A stretch of DNA of 64,000 nucleotides from Balanoglossus misakiensis (taxonomy: Eukaryota > Animalia > Hemichordata). Shown here in pieces: positions 51,746-64,000 of this stretch (position 1 is the first letter of the stretch; each line of letters starts with the position of its first letter). Where the stretch lies: positions 6,656,607 to 6,720,606 of the forward strand of contig CM082591.2 of NCBI GenBank assembly GCA_040954595.2. The letters run 5' to 3'. The position numbers and the translations under genes were made by a program. The notes below the pieces were generated by a model. It ran no database searches and was not told where the DNA came from. It saw only the letters and a program-made list of their open reading frames with translations.

Positions 51746-52428
51746 AGATGTCGCCATGACGCATTGCACGTCCCAAAATACTCTCAATTAAAACGTCTAT
51801 GAATATTAAATTTTCAAAAGCTCTGCAGTCGAAAACACACGCCTGTTTGACTGACGAGTAGATGCGATATTGTTATTAAAAAGTATTTTTAAATTCAATT
51901 TTGCGTCCGATTTTATTCTTCATATGCCCCGTCTCTACCAGCATCCATGTATGTGTGTATCTATGTACAAAAAATTTTGTAAAACAATTTATTGTGCAAT
52001 CACTGCGTGTCTCGGCTTTGGTGTCACCCAATCTACTCTAAAAGCTCTGCAGTCGAAAACACAAGCCTGTTAGACTGACGTGTAGATACAATATTGTTAT
52101 TAAAAAGTATTTTTAAATTCAATTTTGCGTCCGATTTTATTCTTCATATGCCCCGTCTCTACCAGCATCCATGTATGTGTGTATCTATGTACAAAAAATT
52201 TTGTAAAACAATTTATTGTGCAATCACTGCGTGTCTCGGCTTTGGTGTCACCCAATCTACCAGAGACATTTTTGTGATATGAATAGCTTGTTATTATCTA
52301 TCAGCAAAGAAAGACATTTTAGAGTCAGATCTGGGGTCTCCTCACTGTGAACTGAAAGCGAGGTGAAATAATATTCGATTCTGAGAGATTTTACAATTTG
52401 TAGTATGTTTGTTTTAAAGGTATCAATC
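51746..52428. mobile_element. Family C TTAA element (inverted relative to 30267-30724) with an internal 224-bp tandem duplication
   Basis: TTAA at 51742-51745 and 52429-52432. The duplicated unit begins AAAAGCTCTGCAGTCG at ~51816 and ~52040. Confidence 0.72.
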
Positions 52429-52615
52429 TTAACCAAGAATGTACGCGACGTTTAGAGATGTACTACCTTTGGTTTTTAATTTGAGGTTACATTAATGTGT
52501 AGTCGCTACGTCAAATCAGCTGGACAGATATTTTGCTATTGCATCGGTTATATTAGCTGAATCCTCATCGCCAGTTCCATGGTCGGCCAGACAGGCACTC
52601 GCTGTTTGTGCGCAA

Positions 52616-53749
52616 ATACATACATACATACATACATACATACATACATACATACATACATACATACATACATACATACATACATACATACATACATACA
52701 TACATACATACATACATACATACATACATACATACATACATACATACATACATACATACATACATACATACATACATACATACATACATACATACATACA
52801 TACATACATACATACATACATACATACATACATACATACATACATACATACATACATACATACATACATACATACATACATACATACATACATACATACA
52901 TACATACATACATACATACATACATACATACATACATACATACATACATACATACATACATACATACATACATACATACATACATACATACATACATACA
53001 TACATACATACATACATACATACATACATACATACATACATACATACATACATACATACATACATACATACATACATACATACATACATACATACATACA
53101 TACATACATACATACATACATACATACATACATACATACATACATACATACATACATACATACATACATACATACATACATACATACATACATACATACA
53201 TACATACATACATACATACATACATACATACATACATACATACATACATACATACATACATACATACATACATACATACATACATACATACATACATACA
53301 TACATACATACATACATACATACATACATACATACATACATACATACATACATACATACATACATACATACATACATACATACATGCATGCATGCATACA
53401 TACATACATACATACATACATACATGCATACATACATACATACATACATGCATACATACATACATACATACATGCATACATACATACATACATACATACA
53501 TACATACACACATGCACACATGCACACATGCACACATGCACACATGCACACATGCACACATGCACACATGCACACATGCACACATACATACATGCATACA
53601 TGCATACATGCATACATACATACATACATACATACATACATACATACATACATACACACATGCACACATGCACACATGCACACATGCACACATACACACA
53701 TACACACATACACACATACATACATACATACATACATACATACATACAT

Positions 53750-53798
<49 letters not shown>

Positions 53799-55989
53799 TA
53801 CAAATGTAAAATAAATAATACATACTATATGGACTGCGTCTCCAGGAATTCTAGCAACAAAGCCTTTCATCAGTCTTGTCACATTTATTTGAAAGTCAAT
53901 ATGCAATCCATGTTCTTTAGAAAGTGCTTGGAATTTTTCTTTGAACGCTGCCAGATCATCATCTGTTAGGTCGTCCTGTATCGAAACCGAAATTACATTT
54001 TTGCATTTATGTTTAGTCTGTGTACGTCTGCAGTTCATTTATTTTTATTTGTTTCACAATATACAAACCTAGAAAATGCCAAAAGAAAACTAAAACTCAC
54101 ATGTTCACCACAACATAACGTAGCATGGCCAATTTCTTTTAAATGGATAAATAGTTATGAATCTGCTTACCTTTACTTTCACAATGTATTCATCATCTAT
54201 TTTCTCATCTCCAGCATGTATCAACGGAGCTTCAGTTTCACGTTTAACAAAGCTTGGACGCAGAGCGCGGATTCTTCTCTGTTCTCTTAACGTCTCCTCC
54301 GACTTTCGGGATTCTGCAATCTGTATCCCAAGGAAGGCGATCACACATAGCCAATCACAACTGAGTGCGATTTGATCATGGTTGTCTGAAACAACGGGAT
54401 GTTGAACAGGAATGTTATGGAGATGATTTGACATATTGCAGTTATGCTTGAAACGTTTACAGCCACAAGTACACATGGATTAAAGTGCAAGGGGAACTTT
54501 ACAAACAAATGCGTTTCTTATATTGACGTTCTCTGCAAATTGACGAAGTCGCTAAATTACACATTGTTTGGATTATTGTACTTTTGTTTTGGGAGTTCAT
54601 TCAACTTCTTCATTGAGTTATGTTAAACGACTGGTCTTCACAACAGTTTCTCACTTCTCATGCGAAAACCGGGAAACTGAAACCAAATTTCAACTTTTCA
54701 GGGAAAAAAGAAAAGAAAAATGTACATTGTTGAGAAATGTGGCTAGGTAGTCGAATACAATAAGAATAAAGTGAAAGTTCAACTCATAGCATATGCCATG
54801 GGTGCACATTGGTTTGGTTTTGATGCATGTTAGACACCGTGTTTCCGTTGGATCTTATCAGTGAGCAGGATATAAATCTTTGTCTGTATCTTCAACTTGA
54901 AAAACAACGACTTTCATTAACTCAACTAAATCATGGATTACTGGATTGTATGGTTATACCAAAACGAATGACGACTGAATGTTTGGTATGTACATCTAAG
55001 TTACAAGTCACATACATACCTTAGTGCTGTAGTTTACACAGAGGATGAAGTCGAGCTGCTGAGCTGGTCACTGATGCCGAAGTGGAAACTTGTAACAACT
55101 GTTCTCTCGATACACTGGCTTTAAAGATGTCGCCATGACGCATTGCACGTCCCAAAATACTCTCAATTAAAACGTCTATGAATATTAAATTTTCAAAAGC
55201 TCTGCAGTCGAAAACACACGCCTGTTTGACTGACGAGTAGATGCGATATTGTTATTAAAAAGTATTTTTAAATTCAATTTTGCGTCCGATTTTATTCTTC
55301 ATATGCCCCGTCTCTACCAGCATCCATGTATGTGTGTATCTATGTACAAAAAATTTTGTAAAACAATTTATTGTGCAATCACTGCGTGTCTCGGCTTTGG
55401 TGTCACCCAATCTACTCTAAAAGCTCTGCAGTCGAAAACACAAGCCTGTTAGACTGACGTGTAGATACAATATTGTTATTAAAAAGTATTTTTAAATTCC
55501 AATTTTGCGTCCGATTTTATTCTTCATATGCCCCGTCTCTACCAGCATCCATGTATGTGTGTATCTATGTACAAAAAATTTTGTAAAACAATTTATTGTG
55601 CAATCACTGCGTGTCTCGGCTTGGTGTCACCCAATCTACCAGAGACATTTTGTGATATGAATAGCTTGTTATTATCTATCAGCAAAGAAAGACATTTTAG
55701 AGTCAGATCTGGGGTCTCCTCACTGTGAACTGAAAGAGAGGTGAAATAATATCGATTCTGAGAGATTTTACAATTTGTAGTATGTTTGTTTAAAGGTATC
55801 AATCTTAACCAAGAATGTACGCGACGTTTAGAGATGTACTACCTTTGGTTTTAATTTGAGGTTACATTATGTGTAGTCGCTACGTCAAATCAGCTGACAG
55901 ATATTTTGCTATTGCATCGGTTATATTAGCTGAATCCTCATCGCCAAGTTCCATGTCGGCCAGACAGGACTCGCTGTTTGTGCGCAAAT
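52616..55989 (-). pseudogene. Tandem partial duplicate 2 of the protease B 5' end ((CATA)n 52616-53801; exons 53826-53975 and 54171-54379; upstream region)
   Basis: Near-identical to 49535-52615. A 1-nt deletion at ~54353 frameshifts the signal exon. Confidence 0.8.
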
Positions 55990-57141
55990 ACATACATACA
56001 TACATACATACATACATAAACATACATACATAATACATACATACATACATACATACATACATACATACATACATACATACATACATACATACATACATAC
56101 AACATATACATACATCATCTACAACAACATACATACATACATACATACATACATACATACATACATACACATACATACATCATACATACTAATATATACT
56201 ATTACATAATACATACTCATACATACCATCCACATACTCATACAACTACATACATACATACAATTACATTCATACATACATACATACATACATACATATC
56301 ATACATACATACATACATTACATACCATCCCATACATACATACATACATACTATACATACATACATACAACATACATACATACTACATACATACATACAT
56401 ACACATACATACATACATACATACTTACATACATACATACATACTACATACATACATACATACATACATACATACATACATACATACATACATACTTACC
56501 ATATCTTGTCATGTATGTACATACATACATACATACATACATACATACATACATACATACATACATACATACATACATACATACATACATACATACATAC
56601 ATACATACATACATACATACATACATACATACATACATACATACATACATACATACATACATACATACATACATACATACATACATACATACATACATAC
56701 ATACATACATACATACATACATACATACATACATACATACATACATACATACATACATACATACATACATACATACATACATACATACATACATACTACA
56801 TACATACATACATACATACATACATACATACATACTACATACATACATACATACATACATACATACATACATACATACATACATACATACATACATACAT
56901 ACATACATACATACATACATACATACATACATACATACATACATACATACATACATACATACATACATACATACATACATACATACATACATACATACAT
57001 ACATACATACATACATACATACATACATACATACATACATACATACATACATACATACATACATACATACATACATACATACATACATACATACATACAT
57101 ACATACACATACATACATACATACATACATACATACATACA

Positions 57142-57173
<32 letters not shown>

Positions 57174-58551
57174 CATACATACATACATACATACATACAT
57201 ACATACATACATACATACATACATACATACATACATACATACACATACATACATACATACATACATACATACATACATACATACATACATACATACATAC
57301 ATACATACATACATACATACATACATACATACATACATACATACATACATACATACATACATACATACATACATACATACATACATACATACATACATAC
57401 ATACATACATACATACATACATACATACATACATACATACATACATACATACATACATACATACATACATACATACATACATACATACATACATACATAC
57501 ATACATACATACATACATACATACATACATACATACATACATACATACATACATACATACATACATACATACATACATACATACATACATACATACATAC
57601 ATACATACATACATACATACATACATACATACATACATACATACATACATACATACATACATACATACATACATACATACATACATACATACATACATAC
57701 ATACATACATACATACATACATACATACATACATACATACATACATACATACATACATACATACATACATACATACATACATACATACATACATACATAC
57801 ATACATACATACATACATACATACATACATACATACATACATACATACATACATACATACATACATACATACATACATACATACATACATACATACATAC
57901 ATACATACATACATACATACATACATACATACATACATACATACCATACATACATACATACATACATACATACATACATACATACATACATACATACATA
58001 CATACATACATACATACATACATACATACATACATACATACATACATACATACATACATACATACATACATACATACATACATACATACATACATACATA
58101 CATACATACATACATACATACATACATACATACATACATACATACATACATACATACATACATACATACATACATACATGCACACATGCACACATACACA
58201 CATACATACATACATACATACATACATGCACACATGCACACATACACACATGCATACATGCACACATACACACATACACACATACATACATACATACATG
58301 CACACATGCACACATGCACACATGCACACATGCACACATGCACACATGCACACATGCACACATGCATACATGCACACATGCACACATACACACATGCATA
58401 CATGCATACATGCATACATACATACATACATACATACATACATACATACATACATACATACACACATGCACACATGCACACATGCACACATGCACACATA
58501 CACACATACACACATACACACATACACACATACATACATACATACATACAT

Positions 58552-58598
<47 letters not shown>

Positions 58599-60791
58599 TA
58601 CAAATGTAAAATAAATAATACATACTATATGGACTGCGTCTCCAGGAATTCTAGCAACAAAGCCTTTCATCAGTCTTGTCACATTTATTTGAAAGTCAAT
58701 ATGCAATCCATGTTCTTTAGAAAGTGCTTGAATTTTTCTTTGAACGCTGCCAGATCATCATCTGTTAGGTCGTCCTGTATCGAAACCGAAATTACATTTT
58801 TGCATTTATGTTTAGTCTGTGTACGTCTGCAGTTCATTTATTTTTATTTGTTTCACAATATACAAACTAGAAAATGCCAAAAGAAAACTAAAACTCACAT
58901 GTTCACCACAACATAACGTAGCATGGCCAATTTCTTTTAAATGGATAAATAGTTATGAATCTGCTTACCTTTACTTTCACAATGTATTCATCATCTATTT
59001 TCTCATCTCCAGCATGTATCAACGGAGCTTCAGTTTCACGTTTAACAAAGCTTGGACGCAGAGCGCGGATTCTTCTCTGTTCTCTTAACGTCTCCTCCGA
59101 CTTTCGGGATTCTGCCATCTGTATCCCAAGGAAGGCGATCACACATAGCCAAATCACAACTGAGTGCGATTTGATCATGGTTGTCTGAAACAACGGGATG
59201 TTGAACAGGAATGTTATGGAGATGATTTGACATATTGCAGTTATGGCTTGAAACGTTTACAGCCACAAGTACACATGGATTAAAGTGCAAGGGGAACTTT
59301 ACAAACAAATGCGTTTCTTATATTGACGTTCTCTGCAAATTGACGAAGTCGCTAAATTACACATTTGTTTGGATTATTGTACTTTTGTTTTGGGAGTTCA
59401 TTCAACTTCTTCATTGAGTTATGTTAAACGACTGGTCTTCACAACAGTTTCTCACTTCTCATGCGAAAACCGGGAAACTGAAACCAAATTTCAACTTTTC
59501 AGGGAAAAAAGAAAAGAAAAATGTACATTGTTGAGAAATGTGGCTAGGTAGTCGAATACAATAAGAATAAAGTGAAAGTTCAACTCATAGCATATGCCAT
59601 GGGTGCACATTGGTTTGGTTTTGATGCATGTTAGACACCCGTGTTTCCGTTGGATCTTATCAGTGAGCAGGATATAAATCTTTGTCTGTATCTTCAACTT
59701 GAAAAACAACGACTTTCATTAACTCAACTAATCATGATTACTGGATTGTATGGTTATACCAAAACGAATGACGACTGAATGTTTGGTATGTACATCTAAG
59801 TTACAAGTCACATACATACCTTAGTGCTGTAGTTTACACAGAGGATGAAGTCGAGCTGCTGAGCTGGTCACTGATGCCGAAGTGGAAACTTGTAACAACT
59901 GTTCTCTCGATACACTGGCTTTAAAGATGTCGCCATGACGCATTGCACGTCCCAAAATACTCTCAATTAAAACGTCTATGAATATTAAATTTTCAAAAGC
60001 TCTGCAGTCGAAAACACACGCCTGTTTGACTGACGAGTAGATGCGATATTGTTATTAAAAAGTATTTTTAATTCAATTTTGCGTCCGATTTTATTCTTCA
60101 TATGCCCCGTCTCTACCAGCATCCATGTATGTGTGTATCTATGTACAAAAATTTTGTAAAACAATTTATTGTGCAATCACTGCGTGTCTCGGCTTTGGTG
60201 TCACCCAATCTACTCTAAAAGCTCTGCAGTCGAAAACACAAGCCTGTTAGACTGACGTGTAGATACAATATTGTTATTAAAAAGTATTTTTAAATTCAAT
60301 TTTGCGTCCGATTTTATTCTTCATATGCCCCGTCTCTACCAGCATCCATGTATGTGTGTATCTATGTACAAAAAATTTTGTAAAACAATTTATTGTGCAA
60401 TCACTGCGTGTCTCGGCTTTGGTGTCACCCAATCTACCAGAGACATTTTTGTGATATGAATAGCTTGTTATTATCTATCAGCAAAGAAAGACATTTTAGA
60501 GTCAGATCTGGGGTCTCCTCACTGTGAACTGAAAGCGAGGTGAAATAATATTCGATTCTGAGAGATTTACAATTTGTAGTATGTTTGTTTTAAAGGTATC
60601 AATCTTAACCAAGAATGTACGCGACGTTAGAGATGTACTACCTTTGTTTTTAATTTGAGGTTACATTAATGTGTAGTCGCTACGTCAAATCAGCTGGACA
60701 GATATTTTGCTATTGCATCGGTTATATTAGCTGAATCCTCATCGCCAGTTCCATGGTCGGCCAGACAGGCCACTCGCTGTTTGTGCGCAAA
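55990..60791 (-). pseudogene. Tandem partial duplicate 3 ((CATA)n 55990-58601; exons 58626-58774 and 58969-59178; upstream region)
   Basis: Near-identical. A 1-nt deletion at ~58730 lies in the propeptide exon. Confidence 0.8.
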
Positions 60792-61515
60792 TACATACAT
60801 ACATACATACATACATACATACATACATACATACATACATACATACATACATACATACATACATACATACATACATACATACATACATACATACATACAT
60901 ACATACATACATACATACATACATACATACATACATACATACATACATACATACATACATACATACATACATACATACATACATACATACATACATACAT
61001 ACATACATACATACATACATACATACATACATACATACATACATACATACATACATACATACATACATACATACATACATACATACATACATACATACAT
61101 ACATACATACATACATACATACATACATACATACATACATACATACATACATACATACATACATACATACATACATACATACATACATACATACATACAT
61201 ACATACATACACATACATACATACATACATACATACATACATACATACATACATACATACATACATACATACATACATACATACATACATACATACATAC
61301 ATACATACATACATACATACATACATACATACATACATACATACATACATACATACATACATACATACATACATACATACATACATACATACATACATAC
61401 ATACATACATACATACATACATACATACATACATACATACATAACATACATACATACATACATACATACATACATACATAACATACATACATACATACAT
61501 ACATACATACATACA

Positions 61516-61547
<32 letters not shown>

Positions 61548-62211
61548 CATACATACATACATACATACATACATACATACATACATACATACATACATAC
61601 ATACATACATACATACATACATACATACATACATACATACATACATACATACATACATACATACATACACATACATACATACATACATACATACATACAT
61701 ACATACATACATACATACATACATACATACATACATACATACATACATACATACATACATACATACATACATACATACATACATACATACATACATACAT
61801 ACATACATACATACATACATACATACATACATACATACATACATACATACTACATACATACATACATACATACATACATACATACATACATACATACATA
61901 CATACATACATACATACATACATACATACATACATACATACATACATACATACATACATACATACATACATACATACATACATACATACATACATACATA
62001 CATACATACATACATACATACATACATACATACATACATACATACATACATACACATACATACATACATACATACATACATACATACATACATACATACA
62101 TACATACATACATACATACATACATACATACATACATACATACATACATACATACATACATACATACATACATACATACATACTACATACATACATACAT
62201 ACATACATACA

Positions 62212-62243
<32 letters not shown>

Positions 62244-63399
62244 CATACCATACATACATACATACATACATACATACATACATACATACATACATACATA
62301 CATACATACATACATACATACATACATACATACATACATACATACATACATACATACATACATACATACATACATACATACATACATACATACATACATA
62401 CATACATACATACATACATACATACATACATACATACATACATACATACATACATACATACATACATACATACATACATACATACATACATACATACATA
62501 CATACATACATACATACATACATACATACATACATACATACATACATACATACATACATACATACATACATACATACATACATAATACATACATACATAC
62601 ATACATACATACATACATACATACATACATACATACATACATACATACATACATACATACTACATACATACATACATACATACATACATACATACATACA
62701 TACACATACATACATACATACATACATACATACATACATACATACATACATACATACATACATACATACATACATACATACATACATACATACATACATA
62801 CATACATACATACATACATACATACATACATACATACATACATACATACATACATACATACATACATACATACATACATACATACATACATACATACATA
62901 CATACATACATACATACATACATACATACATACATACATACATACATACATACATACATACATACATACATGCATGCATACATACATACATACATACATA
63001 CATACATACATACATACATACATACATACATACATGCATACATGCACACATACACACATACATACATACATACATACATACATGCACACATGCACACATA
63101 CATACATGCATACATGCACACATACACACATACACACATACATACATACATACATGCACACATGCACACATGCACACATGCACACATGCACACATGCACA
63201 CATGCACACATGCACACATGCATACATGCACACATGCACACATACACACATGCATACATGCATACATACATACATACATACATACATACATACATACATA
63301 CATACATACATACACACATGCACACATGCACACATGCACACATGCACACATACACACATACACACATACACACATACATACATACATACATACATACAT

Positions 63400-63438
<39 letters not shown>

Positions 63439-64000
63439 CATACATACAAATGTAAAATAAATAATACATACTATATGGACTGCGTCTCCAGGAATTCTAG
63501 CAACAAAGCCTTTCATCAGTCTTGTCACATTTATTTGAAAGTCAATATGCAATCCATGTTCTTTAGAAAGTGCTTGGAATTTTTCTTTGAACGCTGCCAG
63601 ATCATCATCTGTTAGGTCGTCCTGTATCGAAACCGAAATTACATTTTTGCATTTATGTTTAGTCTGTGTACGTCTGCAGTTCATTTATTTTTATTTGTTT
63701 CACAATATACAAACCTAGAAAATGCCAAAAGAAAACTAAAACTCACATGTTCACCACAACATAACGTAGCATGGCCAATTTCTTTTAAATGGATAAATAG
63801 TTATGAATCTGCTTACCTTTACTTTCACAATGTATTCATCATCTATTTTCTCATCTCCAGCATGTATCAACGGAGCTTCAGTTTCACGTTTAACAAAGCT
63901 TGGACGCAGAGCGCGGATTCTCTCTGTTCTCTTAACGTCTCCTCCGACTTCGGGATTCTGCAATCTGTATCCCAAGGAAGGCGATCACACATAGCCAAAT
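60792..64000 (-). pseudogene. Tandem partial duplicate 4 ((CATA)n 60792-63447; exon 63472-63621; exon 63817-64000 cut by window end)
   Basis: Near-identical. Two 1-nt deletions at ~63920 and ~63950. Confidence 0.78.

Noticed and set aside
52516-52615. Protein-like peptide ACLADHGTGDEDSANITDAIAKYLSS next to each CATA array
   Set aside because: No acceptor, no recognisable homology, and the frame is not conserved across all copies.
49275-63684. Very long (up to 981 aa) MYVC/HTYI ORFs
   Set aside because: Microsatellite translations. Only the short embedded protease exons are real coding sequence.

Overview
Intron-rich, AT-rich animal genomic DNA, not prokaryotic. It is probably an ambulacrarian deuterostome (hemichordate or echinoderm), inferred from the Alx homeodomain sequence. 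All reconstructed genes are on the minus strand. (1) The 5' part of an Alx-family PRD-class homeobox gene: exon 12295-12412 carries an eh1/octapeptide-like motif, the homeobox exon is 8988-9316, and the rest probably lies left of the window. (2) An ~800-aa predicted type II membrane protein (19006-28743) with four divergent copies of an unrecognised ~135-180-aa Cys/Trp domain, a C-type lectin domain and a terminal CDDGG Cys-rich (LNR-like) module. An orphan inverted copy of that last exon sits at 29675-29784. (3) Two tandem secreted proteinase K/PCSK9-like S8A proteases (31757-38133 and 45668-51000). Their intron positions match human PCSK9 as I recall it, but one ends in two PAN/apple domains and the other in a short tail. 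(4) At least three more tandem copies of the second protease's 5' end (promoter, exon 1, signal/propeptide exons), joined through (CATA)n arrays, from 52616 to the window end; these may be real or an assembly artefact. Mobile DNA includes TTAA-flanked (Kolobok/T2-like) MITEs, a Harbinger-like MITE, a truncated L1/Tx1 LINE with TSD and a candidate solo LTR inserted in a splice donor. Gene models were built by hand from GT-AG signals and reading-frame continuity, with no expression data.
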